Assembly (NCBI GenBank): GCA_035646915.1
Contig: DASROK010000472.1
Coordinates: forward strand, 6,600 to 70,599
Length of the DNA stretch: 64,000 bases
Source of the DNA: Gemmatimonadaceae bacterium
GTDB lineage: Bacteria > Gemmatimonadota > Gemmatimonadetes > Gemmatimonadales > Gemmatimonadaceae
Reading direction: 5' to 3'
Shown here piece after piece: positions 47,794 through 58,305 of this stretch (position 1 is its first letter; each line of letters opens with the position of its first letter). The notes beneath the pieces were generated by a model. The model was not told the origin of the DNA and ran no database searches. It saw nothing but the letters and a program-made list of their open reading frames with translations. The translations under genes were made by a program, and so were the position numbers.

Positions 47794-49230
47794 ATGACAC
47801 ATACCATGGACGCGCCTGCAGTCGTTTCGGGATTGGGCGAAATAATCGTAACCGAGCGGGCTCCATTTCGCGAAAGAATGAGCTGGGCGCTTTACGATTT
47901 TTCGAACACGATTTTCTCCATGAACATCGCGACGCTTTTCTTTGCGTTGTGGCTTGTTCAGGATGTTCATGCTTCGAATACAATGGCCGCTGCTGCAAGC
48001 AGTGTTTCTTCACTGCTCGTGGTCATCTCGATTCCCTTGTTCGGTGCAATCTCCGATGCAACGCGACGTCGAAAGGCATGGGTCGTTGGCTTCACATTGA
48101 TCTCGGTGATGATGACAGCGGTGCTGGGAATTGTTGGACAGACAGTGGTCCCGCTGGTGGGCGACTCAGTCACCAACCCAGCACAAGTGGACTATGTGCT
48201 GGCCGGAATGCCGGCGCTTGCGATTCTCTCCGCCTTTGTGCTTGCAAACTGGGCATATCAGGGTGCGATGCCTTTTTACAATGCAATGATGTTCGAGCTC
48301 GTTCCCGCCGATCAACTCGGAAGACTGTCAGGGCTTGGCACAGCACTCGGGTATGTAGGATCTATCGTCGGCGTATTGCTCGTGTCCCCATTCTTCAACG
48401 GAAAGCTGCCTGTTGTCGGTGCGTTGCCGGAAAGCGTTGTTTCATTTCTGCGGTCAGTCGTTCCGTTCACGAGCAATGGCGGACGGGTTTCTACTTTCGT
48501 TCCCACTGCGCTCCTCTTTCTCCTGTTTTCGCTCCCGCTTTTCCTGTTCTGCAAGGATCATTTCGCCCGAATAGACAGACACCGCGTTCAGTGGAAAGAA
48601 GCATTCAGCGGCGTCGTCGAGACTCTTCGTGATTCCAGGCGGTATCCGGGAGCTCTCCGGTTTCTTATCGCATCATTTCTTTACCAGGATGCAATGGGTA
48701 CCATAATCGGATTCATGGCTCTCTATGCAGTGAAAGCAATGGGATTTAAGGATGGTGTGGAGATAACTCTTTTCGTTGCGCTGACCATTCCCGCTGCAGT
48801 AGGCAGCTACTTCCTCGGCAAGCTGGTCGATCGAAAGGGGCCGAAGAAAACTCTGGTATTTACAATTGCAAGCTGGGTGATACTGCTGGTTGCAATGATC
48901 CTGGTCCCCAATCAACTGATGTTCTGGATGGTAGGTGTTGGCATTGGGCTGATATTCGGCGGAACCGCAACTGCCGAGAGGCCGTTGCTTCTCACTCTCG
49001 TGCCTGATGAGGAGGCTGCGCGTTTTTTCAGTCTCATGGTTCTCTCCTCACGTGCAGCTGCGATTGCAGGCCCGCTTATCTGGGGACTTACAGTCGATGG
49101 GCTCGAACCTTCGATGGGAACCGGCATCGCATATCGTGCGGCAGTGCTAACCGTCACCATCAGCATGGTTCTCGCACTGATTATTCTGCTCAAGGTTCCT
49201 GATAAGTGGCGTGAGCAGCTCAGAGCATGA
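47794..49230 (+). CDS. MFS transporter (UMF1/Atg22-like)
   Basis: SWALYDF, GAISD, FYNAM and GRLSGLG..LGYVG motifs; about 12 TM helices. Confidence 0.9.
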   Translation: MTHTMDAPAVVSGLGEIIVTERAPFRERMSWALYDFSNTIFSMNIATLFFALWLVQDVHASNTMAAAASSVSSLLVVISIPLFGAISDATRRRKAWVVGFTLISVMMTAVLGIVGQTVVPLVGDSVTNPAQVDYVLAGMPALAILSAFVLANWAYQGAMPFYNAMMFELVPADQLGRLSGLGTALGYVGSIVGVLLVSPFFNGKLPVVGALPESVVSFLRSVVPFTSNGGRVSTFVPTALLFLLFSLPLFLFCKDHFARIDRHRVQWKEAFSGVVETLRDSRRYPGALRFLIASFLYQDAMGTIIGFMALYAVKAMGFKDGVEITLFVALTIPAAVGSYFLGKLVDRKGPKKTLVFTIASWVILLVAMILVPNQLMFWMVGVGIGLIFGGTATAERPLLLTLVPDEEAARFFSLMVLSSRAAAIAGPLIWGLTVDGLEPSMGTGIAYRAAVLTVTISMVLALIILLKVPDKWREQLRA

Positions 49231-50192
49231 TTTATGGATTGCTGCGCTGGTTTACCGGCATTGCACTCCACTGGTTTTACTCGAGCATTCAGGTAATCGG
49301 CCGTGAGAAGATTCCTCTCGCTGGTCCTGTGATCATCGCAGCGAGCCATCACAACGCTCTCGTCGATGCATTGATTGCAGGGTGGATCTCACCTCGCCGG
49401 CTTACACTGACAGCCAAAGCAACGTTGATGGACAGCGTATTACTCCGATGGCTGTTCCCAATCGTTGGAGTCGTTCCGCTGCGTCGTGTCTCTGACGAGC
49501 TCAAGAAAGGGAATACAAAAAACGTTGATCCGGCGCGGAACGTCGGAGCATTTGAAGCTATCCTCGATGTTCTCGAGAAAGGCGAGATGGTTCTCATCTT
49601 TCCCGAGGGCATAAGCCACAGCAATGCCGAGCTTGCCCCGCTTAAGACTGGGGCATCGCGAATTGCCCTCGAAGCACGTGACAAGCGCCATATCCAAAAC
49701 CTTCAGATAGTGCCGCTTGGACTTTCCTTCGAGGCAAAGGGAAATCCTGGAACAGCGGTGCTGGCGGAGGTCGGCGAGCCCATTGCAATCAATGATGTCG
49801 GGACGACAGGTGTCGAGTCACTTACTGATTTGCTTTCATCGCGTCTTGCTGCTGTGTCTCTCAAGCAGCCACATCCATCGCCAGACAGAGAATCTGTAAA
49901 ACGAAGGGAGGGGGTTCGTCCTCTTGCGTCACCCCTTGGCGCATGGGGCGAGTTGACTCACCGCTACATCATCAACTACGCACGCGATCTCGCTGTGAAG
50001 CGCAGCCGCACTCCAGATGAGCCTGCAATGCTGACGATCATCTACGCATTGCTGTTCATTCTCGGCTCATACGTATTGCAATTCGCGCTGGTAGCGGCAC
50101 TGTTCAATCCGTGGTGGGCCCTCCTCTATGTGGCTACGCTGCCCATTGGTGCTTACTGGGCAGCGTTTCGGAACCATCCACGAAAAACGTAA
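49227..50192 (+). CDS. phospholipid/glycerol acyltransferase (PlsC-like)
   Basis: HHNALVD (HxxxxD), IFPEG and LKTGA motifs. Confidence 0.9.
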   Translation: MIYGLLRWFTGIALHWFYSSIQVIGREKIPLAGPVIIAASHHNALVDALIAGWISPRRLTLTAKATLMDSVLLRWLFPIVGVVPLRRVSDELKKGNTKNVDPARNVGAFEAILDVLEKGEMVLIFPEGISHSNAELAPLKTGASRIALEARDKRHIQNLQIVPLGLSFEAKGNPGTAVLAEVGEPIAINDVGTTGVESLTDLLSSRLAAVSLKQPHPSPDRESVKRREGVRPLASPLGAWGELTHRYIINYARDLAVKRSRTPDEPAMLTIIYALLFILGSYVLQFALVAALFNPWWALLYVATLPIGAYWAAFRNHPRKT

Positions 50193-50195
50193 CGC

Positions 50196-53156
50196 TTACT
50201 TCGTATCGAGCCAGTTTGCTCCAACGCCCATATCGACAACCAATGGCACCGAAAGCTGTGCCGCATTTTCCATCCGGTCTTTCACAATAGCCTGAACAGC
50301 CTCCATTTCATCCGGCTGTACTTCAAACACAAGCTCATCGTGCACCTGGAGAAGCATTTTCGATCTGTACCTGCCTTCACGAAGAGCGTCATCGATCCGA
50401 ATCATCGCCATCTTGATGAGGTCTGCGGCAGACCCTTGAATTGGCGAGTTTGCAGCAGCGCGCTCACCAAACGCACGCGTGTTGAAGTTTCGCTCACGAA
50501 GCTCCGGGATGTATCGCCTGCGTCCAAATATCGTCGTCACATAACCGTGCTCGCGCGCAAAGTCGACGCTTGAATCAAGATACTTCCTGATTCCGCGAAA
50601 CCGTTCGAAGTAACGAAGTATGAAATCCTTGGCTTCCGCATGTTCGATCTTCAATTGGCGTGACAGAGCATGGGCTCCCTGCCCGTAGATTGTTGCGAAG
50701 TTGATTGTCTTCGCACGAGCACGCATATCCGATGTTACTTCATTGACATCGACATCAAAGATGATTGCCGCAGTCTGGCGATGGATGTCTCCGCCTGCAT
50801 TGAATGCTTCAACAAATGCAGGATCCTTTGAGAGATGCGCGAGCAGCCTCAGCTCAATCTGTGAGTAATCAGCAGCGAGCAGACTCCAGCCAGGCCGCGG
50901 AATGAACCCCCGCCGTATCGCACGCCCAAGCTCTCTTCTGATTGGGATGTTCTGAAGATTTGGCTCGCTCGATGAAAGACGCCCGGTCGCCGCAACAGTC
51001 TGGCTGAAGGACGTGTGCAGTCTTCCTGTTTGCGGGTTTACCATCGCGGGCAGCGCGTCCAGATATGTGTTCTCCAGCTTTGAGAGCTCACGGTATTCCA
51101 TCAACAGTCCGGGAATCGCATGCCCCGCGTCTGCGAGCTCCTGCAAAACGCTTGCATCAGTTGACGGACCTGTGCTCGTTTTCTTGAGCACAGGAAGCCC
51201 AAGCCGCGTGAACAGTATTTCACGAAGCTGTGGATTGGAGGCAATGTTGAATTCAGTTCCTGCAGCAGCGTAGATCTGCTGCTCGACATTCTGTCGCTCG
51301 CGCCGGAAGCGTTCCTTGAGTGAATGAAACCACGGGAGATCGATCGAGATTCCGGTCCATTCAACTTCGGCAAGCACGCTGATCAGAGGAATCTCTATAT
51401 TCTGAAGCAGCGGCCGGACTTCGGAGCTGTCGAGCTGTGGATCGAAGATTTCCCGCATGCGAAGTGACATGTCGGCATCTTCACAGGAAAAATCGCGCGC
51501 TGCTTCGAGAGGACTCTGATCAAAGGGGGTTGCGGTTTTGCCTTTTCCGCAGACATCTGCGTATGACATCATCGAATAATCAAGAAACTCGAGCGCCAGC
51601 ACATCGAGCCCGTGTGATCGTCGTCCTGGATCGAGTACGTAGCTCGCGAGCATCGTGTCGAAATCAAGACCTTGCAGGTTTACTCCGGCACGACGGAGCA
51701 CAAGCATGTCGTATTTCGCATTGTGCGCAGTTTTTTTGATCGACGGATCTTCGAGAAGATCCCGCAATGGCTTCATTTGAGGTGAAGCGAGATCGGGGAG
51801 ATTCGTGACTGGTGTGGATTTTTTTACATCGGCTTCTGCGTTTGCTTTCTTTGCGCTTCGCTTTACCGGCTTGATTGCCGGCTCATCACCGCCTTGAACG
51901 AGTCCACGGTCTTCAGAAGCATCGGTAGGAGAGCGGTCACCAGGAGCATCGATCATCAGTTCACCCTGCGCAGCCTTCCACTGCGAATGACGAAGCGGCA
52001 GGTAGTACGCCTCACCAGCTGTGACAGCGATCGCAATTGAAACCAGCGTTGACCTCAGTGGATCGACCGCAAGCGGTGAATCGGGATCAACCGCAGTTTC
52101 GGTATCGAGTGCGAAAACCCCTTTCTCACGAGCTCGATCAACGACTTCCTGCATCTTTGCAACTGTATCTACTACTACGTACTCTGCTTTTTTTGGAGCT
52201 TCTGACAGTCGTACTTCCACTGCGGCTGCCGGTTCCTGATGCTGACTCTGTACAAGCAGTCCGACACTTCTTGCGAGCGTGTGGAACTCCAGCTCGACAT
52301 AGAGGTCCCGAAGACGTGCGTAATCAGGGTCGCGAAGCTTCATTGTGTTGGCATCAAAGCTTACGGGTAAATCATCGCGAATTGTTACTAATTCCTTTGA
52401 AAGCCTGGCATTGTCGGCATACTGCTGCAGCGCTTCGCGCGGGCGCTTTTTGGGAATTTCGTTCGCATGCGCGAGAATCGACTCGATGTCGCCATACTGG
52501 GTGACAAGCTCGCAGGCGGTCTTGTCTCCAATTCCCTTGACGCCTGGAACATTGTCTGACGAATCTCCAACAAGAGCGAGATAGTCTGTCACGTATTGAG
52601 GAGGCACGCCCAGACGTTCCGCTGCGTTGTCCATTCCAACCCAGTGTTCTTCAACGCCAGCTGGTCCACCACGACCCGGATTGAGAAGCCAGACACTGGG
52701 CTTCACGAGCTGTTGAAAATCTTTGTCTCCCGAAACAACGACGACGTTGAGTTTTTCCTCCAGTCCCCGGGCAGCGAGAGTACCAATTACATCATCCGCT
52801 TCGTAACCGCGCAGCGTGATAATTGGAATACGATACGCGTCGAGCAGCTGACAGATGCGATCCATACCACGATCGAAGTCAGCCTGCAGTTCTTCAGTCA
52901 GTTTTTCGCGTGTCGCTTTATACGCAGGGTATCTCTCGTGCCGGAATGAAAGTCCCGAGTCATGAATCCATGCGAGATATTCCGGTTTGTGTTTGTCGAG
53001 CAGCCGTTGAAGGAAGCTCGAGATACCCCAGACGGCCGAAGTGTTTTCACCTTTGCTGGTTGTCAGCGGCCGTGAGATGAGTGCATAGAACGCGCGATAG
53101 ATCAGCGCATATCCGTCGACAAGAAAAAGTCTTGGTGATTCTGGAAGCTGCATCAC
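50196..53156 (-). CDS. polA: DNA polymerase I
   Basis: 5'-3' exonuclease (EADD, GDSSDN), 3'-5' exonuclease (DTET, HNAKYD), polymerase (DYSQIELR, QVHDEL). Confidence 0.98.
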   Translation of the reverse strand: MMQLPESPRLFLVDGYALIYRAFYALISRPLTTSKGENTSAVWGISSFLQRLLDKHKPEYLAWIHDSGLSFRHERYPAYKATREKLTEELQADFDRGMDRICQLLDAYRIPIITLRGYEADDVIGTLAARGLEEKLNVVVVSGDKDFQQLVKPSVWLLNPGRGGPAGVEEHWVGMDNAAERLGVPPQYVTDYLALVGDSSDNVPGVKGIGDKTACELVTQYGDIESILAHANEIPKKRPREALQQYADNARLSKELVTIRDDLPVSFDANTMKLRDPDYARLRDLYVELEFHTLARSVGLLVQSQHQEPAAAVEVRLSEAPKKAEYVVVDTVAKMQEVVDRAREKGVFALDTETAVDPDSPLAVDPLRSTLVSIAIAVTAGEAYYLPLRHSQWKAAQGELMIDAPGDRSPTDASEDRGLVQGGDEPAIKPVKRSAKKANAEADVKKSTPVTNLPDLASPQMKPLRDLLEDPSIKKTAHNAKYDMLVLRRAGVNLQGLDFDTMLASYVLDPGRRSHGLDVLALEFLDYSMMSYADVCGKGKTATPFDQSPLEAARDFSCEDADMSLRMREIFDPQLDSSEVRPLLQNIEIPLISVLAEVEWTGISIDLPWFHSLKERFRRERQNVEQQIYAAAGTEFNIASNPQLREILFTRLGLPVLKKTSTGPSTDASVLQELADAGHAIPGLLMEYRELSKLENTYLDALPAMVNPQTGRLHTSFSQTVAATGRLSSSEPNLQNIPIRRELGRAIRRGFIPRPGWSLLAADYSQIELRLLAHLSKDPAFVEAFNAGGDIHRQTAAIIFDVDVNEVTSDMRARAKTINFATIYGQGAHALSRQLKIEHAEAKDFILRYFERFRGIRKYLDSSVDFAREHGYVTTIFGRRRYIPELRERNFNTRAFGERAAANSPIQGSAADLIKMAMIRIDDALREGRYRSKMLLQVHDELVFEVQPDEMEAVQAIVKDRMENAAQLSVPLVVDMGVGANWLDTK

Positions 53157-53163
53157 TCAATAT

Positions 53164-53197
53164 AAAAGCGCCCCTGCTCGTAACCGGGCAGGGGCGC
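53164..53197 (-). terminator. intrinsic terminator of the second csp gene
   Basis: GCGCCCCTGCCCG-GTTA-CGAGCAGGGGCGC-TTTT on the minus strand. Confidence 0.8.
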
Positions 53198-53226
53198 AGG
53201 ACCTTCGATTGTGGAGTCGGCTCGAT

Positions 53227-53436
53227 TCAGACCTGGGCCATCGTATGGACGTTTGCCGCGTGCAGTCCCTTGTTGCCAGTTTCGATATCGAATTCCACCT
53301 GTTGTCCTTCCGCGAGCGTTTTGAATCCTTCCATCGAGATCGCGGAGAAGTGAACGAAGACGTCCTCTCCACCTTCCTGTTCGATGAAGCCATAACCCTT
53401 GGCGTCATTGAACCACTTCACCTTTCCCCTGGCCAT
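53227..53436 (-). CDS. cold-shock protein
   Basis: [15 protein letters not shown] and VFVHFSAI motifs; promoter TTGACA-N17-TATATA at 53500-53472. Confidence 0.97.
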   Translation of the reverse strand: MARGKVKWFNDAKGYGFIEQEGGEDVFVHFSAISMEGFKTLAEGQQVEFDIETGNKGLHAANVHTMAQV

Positions 53437-53520
53437 GTGAACCGCCTCCGGCTGTGATACGGTGCGGCGTCTATATAGAATCGGCCTGGTTTTTTGTCAA
53501 GTCGCTAATAAAGCGGCTCG

Positions 53521-54927
53521 TCAGTGCACGAGAAGACGTGCGTTTATATTCTGGAATTCTGTCTCGCTGATGGGAGCCAGGCGCCATCTTCCAGTGCCCG
53601 TATCATCATAAAAAATGAGCCGCACGCGGTACTGGCTGTACTCCCAGTATTGCAGGCGCCCACGCTGCCCGATCGAAGTGCGCGTCAGCGGGCTGTTCGT
53701 TGTCTGTTCGTAGAGCTGATCCGGTTCGCCCATTACAACATAGACGCGCGCTCTGTCGCTCAGCCATCCTGCGCGGGAAGTCCCATCATCCCGGAAGCGA
53801 AGCGCAGCCTGCTGCAGCCTTGCAAAGTATGTCTGCAGGCCTTCATGCTCAGGAGTGGACGGTGCAGGGTCACTCGAGCGCAGGAATGCAGCCCATGCCT
53901 GACCACGCTCTTCTACAGGGGTTTCCCGAAGACTCTTCAGGCGTTCTGGCGCTACGTAGTATCTGAGCTGCCCAATCAGATCTTCGTACGAGAGAAGCGG
54001 AACATCATTACCGAAGCTCACGAACACCGGTGCACGCACTGTATCCGTGGCATCCGCTCTGATAAAAGTCACATTGGCAACGCCGATGCCCACTCTCGAG
54101 ATCGGAATTGTTACGGCACCACTCATCAGGGCACCGTTTTTCTCGAGCACCGTAGTATCCCGCCAGGTTATGGCACCTTTTTCATTCTGCACGACGAACG
54201 AAACCGGGAGTCGCTGTTGTTGACCATAAGCCTCGAGATACACAGAAACCGTGCTGTCCTGTCCGAAAACGGCACTCGATCTTGGGCTCGCAAGGAGACG
54301 TGGAAGTGAGTCGAGCGTATTGCGCCGGGTAGCCTCGTATACGAGAAGAGGTGTGGACAGATGTCCCTGAGTCAGCCTCGGTACAGTGATCGCACCATCC
54401 TGGGAAGCAGCCCTGTTGCTCGCAACATCACGTACCGTGAACGAGATGTTATAGCTCCCCGGAGGGACCCTGAAGTAGTTCTGGAAGATGACACTCTCGT
54501 CGGTTCTGTTCACTTCCTTGAAGGATCCGACACGAACTATTTCCATTGCATCTACCGATCTGATTTCCGTATTCCCCTGGGAAAGACGCAGTTTCACTTC
54601 ATAGGGAGCACGGTATGTATCGCCATCCCGTACAAAACTGAGCATTCGATTGGGAATCGAAATGCTGGCAAGCACCATAGTGGTATCGGGACTTCGAGAA
54701 GCGAAATACGCGATCTTCCCGACATAGGAGAGCGGGTTGCCGGTTGCTATAAGCCCCATCTGGTTATAAACGGAGCTGGGGTCCTGCCCCTGGTTGATCC
54801 CCCCTGATACAGAAGGTACCGGGATAGACCCTGGGACAGTGCTGGCTGGCCTGGTCTGGGTGCAGGAGGCAGTTCCAGAGACCAAACCGAAAAGGAGCCC
54901 GAGACGAACGGCGGCTGAAGCGCACAT
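53521..54927 (-). CDS. GWxTD-domain exported protein
   Basis: GWLSDRARVYVVMGEPD...WEY motif; signal peptide with possible lipobox. Confidence 0.82.
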   Translation of the reverse strand: MCASAAVRLGLLFGLVSGTASCTQTRPASTVPGSIPVPSVSGGINQGQDPSSVYNQMGLIATGNPLSYVGKIAYFASRSPDTTMVLASISIPNRMLSFVRDGDTYRAPYEVKLRLSQGNTEIRSVDAMEIVRVGSFKEVNRTDESVIFQNYFRVPPGSYNISFTVRDVASNRAASQDGAITVPRLTQGHLSTPLLVYEATRRNTLDSLPRLLASPRSSAVFGQDSTVSVYLEAYGQQQRLPVSFVVQNEKGAITWRDTTVLEKNGALMSGAVTIPISRVGIGVANVTFIRADATDTVRAPVFVSFGNDVPLLSYEDLIGQLRYYVAPERLKSLRETPVEERGQAWAAFLRSSDPAPSTPEHEGLQTYFARLQQAALRFRDDGTSRAGWLSDRARVYVVMGEPDQLYEQTTNSPLTRTSIGQRGRLQYWEYSQYRVRLIFYDDTGTGRWRLAPISETEFQNINARLLVH

Positions 54928-54977
54928 TGTTGTGTTTACCCTATCCACATAAAACGGTTTCTGTTACTTTCGCCGGC

Positions 54978-55910
54978 GTGTCTCATCAGAGCTTGGTCGG
55001 CTCAAAGATAGCCGGGTATACCATACAGAGTGAGGTTGGCGAGGGCGGTACTGCCGAGGTTTACAGGGCTCAACATGCGAGCCATGGAACCGTTGCCCTC
55101 AAGGTTCTTCGCGAAAAATTGCGACATGATCGCACCGCAGTGGCTCGTTTTGTCCGCGAAGCGCAATACGGCACAAGAGTACAACACCCGAACGTGGTAC
55201 GTACCATAGAAATTGGCCAATCTGATACCGGTCTTCATTTCCTGGCTATCGAGTGGGCAGCCGGTGAGCTGCTCGAGAAATACGCCAAACAGTACGCGCC
55301 CCTTTCTACCGAAGAAACAGCCGTCATCATTACGCAGATTGGAGCAGCAGTTCATGCTGCCCATGCGGCGCGGATAGTTCACCGTGATCTAAAGCCCGAA
55401 AACGTCATGTACGATCCGGAACTCAGACAGGTAAAGCTGCTTGATTTCGGAATAGCAACGGATGTTCAAGCTCCAGCTGACGAGAGGCTGACCAGAGCTG
55501 GATTCTTCGTCGGTTCACTCATGTACATCGCGCCTGAGGCGCTTTCCGGAGAGATTGTCACTCCGGCAGCTGATCAGTACAGCCTGGCGACCATCGCGTA
55601 TTACCTGCTGACAAGAGCCCTGCCATACACCGCCAAGGCTCCACGGGAGATGTTCACCCAGCTGTTGACACTACCTCCAATTCCGCTCAATGCAGCCAAG
55701 GAAAGGCTGAAGTTCTCTCCTGCTCTGGAAAAGGTCGTAATGAAGGCCCTTTCGAAAGAACCATCCAGCAGATATCCCGACGTAATGGGATTTACGAAGG
55801 CGTTTGAGGATGCTGCTTCCAATCCTGATACTCCAGCCAAACCAGAAGCTCAGGCAACTGAGGAGTCAGGATTGTTTGCGAAAATGCGCGGGATCCTAAG
55901 ACGTCCTTGA
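54978..55910 (+). CDS. Hanks-type Ser/Thr protein kinase
   Basis: GEGGTAEV, ALK, HRDLKPEN, DFG and APE motifs; GTG 54978 chosen as start. Confidence 0.93.
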   Translation: MSHQSLVGSKIAGYTIQSEVGEGGTAEVYRAQHASHGTVALKVLREKLRHDRTAVARFVREAQYGTRVQHPNVVRTIEIGQSDTGLHFLAIEWAAGELLEKYAKQYAPLSTEETAVIITQIGAAVHAAHAARIVHRDLKPENVMYDPELRQVKLLDFGIATDVQAPADERLTRAGFFVGSLMYIAPEALSGEIVTPAADQYSLATIAYYLLTRALPYTAKAPREMFTQLLTLPPIPLNAAKERLKFSPALEKVVMKALSKEPSSRYPDVMGFTKAFEDAASNPDTPAKPEAQATEESGLFAKMRGILRRP

Positions 55911-56810
55911 TTCCAGCTCACCAACAGGAAGCCACAACGTAAACGTCGATCCCTTTCCAGATTCACTCTGGAGAAGAAGGTCGCCGCCAAGAAGCCGCGC
56001 AAGGCGGCGAGAGATTGCGAGACCAAGCCCAGTGCCACGATGTGGTGAATCTGCACGTGGCCCTGCGTCCACTTGTTCAAATTCTTCAAAAACTCTTTCC
56101 TGGTCAGCAGCTGCGATTCCCCGACCCGAATCAATCACCTGCACCGCCAGCCACGAATTGATATTCTCGTGTGCATCAGCAACGAGCTGTGGTAACCCTT
56201 GCTCTAGAGCCAAGGATTTTGTCAAGGCTCGCGTCTTTACAACAATCGAGCCGGCATCCGTATACTTGATTGCATTGCCCAGCAGATTTACCAGAATCTG
56301 CCGCAGATGAGTCGGATCACTTTTGATTCGCGGAAGCGAACTTCCCATTGCCAGCGAAAGACTCAGGCTTTTTTCGTTTACCAGAGACTCGACTTCGCTG
56401 GCAACATCGAGAATGAAGGGACGAATGTCGAGAAGCTCGGAATGAACATCGAGCCGTCCAGCAGCCATCTTTGCAAGATCGAGAATTTGATCAACGAGAT
56501 GTCGAAGATGATTTGCAGAAGCTTCAATCCTCTCGACAGGTTTTACCTGTCGAGGGCTCAGATCTCCGTAAACTCCCTCGCGTAGCAGGTCGACAAAACC
56601 CACTATTGCATTAAGCGGTGTACGCAACTCATGCGAGACATTTGCGAGAAAATCATTTTTCATCCGATTAGCCCGAAGGAGTTCCGATGAGAGTCTCTCG
56701 AGCTCCCGGGAACGCTCCGCTAATCGAGCAGCTTGCCGTCTTTCGTGCTGCAGAAGCAATGCAAGAGCAACGACCACTGCTCCTACTACCAGATAAACCA
56801 GAGGCTGCAA
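55896..56810 (-). CDS. membrane-anchored histidine kinase
   Basis: SHELRTPL, NAIKYT, DSGRGI and GTGLGL motifs; single N-terminal TM helix. Confidence 0.93.
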   Translation of the reverse strand: MQPLVYLVVGAVVVALALLLQHERRQAARLAERSRELERLSSELLRANRMKNDFLANVSHELRTPLNAIVGFVDLLREGVYGDLSPRQVKPVERIEASANHLRHLVDQILDLAKMAAGRLDVHSELLDIRPFILDVASEVESLVNEKSLSLSLAMGSSLPRIKSDPTHLRQILVNLLGNAIKYTDAGSIVVKTRALTKSLALEQGLPQLVADAHENINSWLAVQVIDSGRGIAAADQERVFEEFEQVDAGPRADSPHRGTGLGLAISRRLARLLGGDLLLQSESGKGSTFTLWLPVGELESRTS

Positions 56811-56843
56811 ATCAATTCCTCATGAGACGATCAGCCCATTGAG

Positions 56844-57413
56844 ATGCGAGTGATCATGGCAGACAGTACAGATAATATGGCGACACTGAAAAGACTTCTC
56901 GTTGAGAGATCAGTGAAACGAGGAGATTTTGTTCTCGCTTCAGGAAAGCAGTCTGACATCTATGTCGACGCAAGACTCACCACGATGAGTCCTGAAGGAA
57001 TGCTGGTGATCGGGCCGCTTGGGCTGTCAGCAATTTCAGACCGCGGCTGGATCCCTGATTCCATTGGCGGCCTGACAATGGGAGCAGATCCCGTAACCTT
57101 TGCAATAAGCCACACAAGCGCAATTCAGCAAATGCCAATTCGTGCGTTCTCCGTCCGAAAAGAGGCAAAAGCTCACGGCACAGGCAATCGTATCGAAGGC
57201 CCGTTTCAGAAAGGAGATCAGGTAGTCGTAATCGAAGATGTCATAACGACCGGGAAGTCCGCTCTCCAGGCGATAGATACCATCGAGGCATCGGGAGGAA
57301 GGGTCCTGGGAGTCCTCGCTGTCGTCGACCGTCAGGACGGAGGACGTGAGGCCATTCGCACTCGTGGCTACGATGTTACAACGCTGACAACAATCGCTGA
57401 GCTCACGGCTTAG
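56844..57413 (+). CDS. pyrE: orotate phosphoribosyltransferase
   Basis: FVLASG.S..YVD, RKEAKAHG and IEDVITTG motifs. Confidence 0.96.
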   Translation: MRVIMADSTDNMATLKRLLVERSVKRGDFVLASGKQSDIYVDARLTTMSPEGMLVIGPLGLSAISDRGWIPDSIGGLTMGADPVTFAISHTSAIQQMPIRAFSVRKEAKAHGTGNRIEGPFQKGDQVVVIEDVITTGKSALQAIDTIEASGGRVLGVLAVVDRQDGGREAIRTRGYDVTTLTTIAELTA

Positions 57414-58305
57414 TCTGTCTTGACTCGAGATTTCGCTGACGGGTAATCCATCCCGGAGACGTAACCGCTGGTCTGAAACAGCGAAGAACGCCAGTGTACG
57501 GAAGTATCAGCTCACCGCGAAAGTACTGAAGCATTCCGGCTCCATCATACGTCTCCCGAAAAACTACCGGCGACATATTCATCACTGTACGTACATGACG
57601 CCCAAAGCTTTGAGGTGATGAATAGTCCAGATAGTTCGCTACACTGGCTACTGAAAGTCCCGGATTTTCGAAGAGTTTCGCCGCACGAATGAGGCGAGCC
57701 AGCGACAGATACCTCTTCGGTGGAGGAAGCTGCGCTCTAAAGAAACGGCTCATCAGAGTGCTGGGCAGGATATTCAGCTGTCTTGCCATCTGGCGCACAT
57801 TGCGGATCTGTGGGGTGCTGCTGAACAGAAGCTCGAAAAACCGCCAGCAGTCGGCCGGAGCCCCGGATAGATCGGTGCTCAACTGGCCCAGTGCAGTTCG
57901 TTGCAGATCATTCGAGCGTTCAGCAGCCAGAATCTCACGAAGTGTCTGCCATCCCGATGGCTGACGTGCATCGATAAGAATCCGGATACCGAGCTGGCCA
58001 AGTGAAAGAAGGTTCTGCGGAGTTGAATACTGGTTCTCTGTCAGGAGGGCCATCGCTGGGACTCTTGGAAATTCGCGCACCATTGCAGCCATTCTCGCAC
58101 TGCTCTGAAGCCCGTATTTCGCAATGGAGATGAGAACAGCTCCAGCTCTTCTCTCCCTCAGATCGGCAAGCACTTCATCAAGCGATTCACGATGAAGTGT
58201 GGAATACAGTCCTTCTCCTGCGGCATCTACACGCTGCCGCTCGCCTGGAGTGAGGATCGTCGAGACCGGCATCAGTCTTGGTGAAGGTTTAACCTGTTGT
58301 GACAT
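57403..58305 (-). CDS. AraC-family HTH regulator with receiver-like N-terminus
   Basis: SVASVANYLDYSSPQSFGRH double HTH. Confidence 0.85.
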   Translation of the reverse strand: MSQQVKPSPRLMPVSTILTPGERQRVDAAGEGLYSTLHRESLDEVLADLRERRAGAVLISIAKYGLQSSARMAAMVREFPRVPAMALLTENQYSTPQNLLSLGQLGIRILIDARQPSGWQTLREILAAERSNDLQRTALGQLSTDLSGAPADCWRFFELLFSSTPQIRNVRQMARQLNILPSTLMSRFFRAQLPPPKRYLSLARLIRAAKLFENPGLSVASVANYLDYSSPQSFGRHVRTVMNMSPVVFRETYDGAGMLQYFRGELILPYTGVLRCFRPAVTSPGWITRQRNLESRQTKP

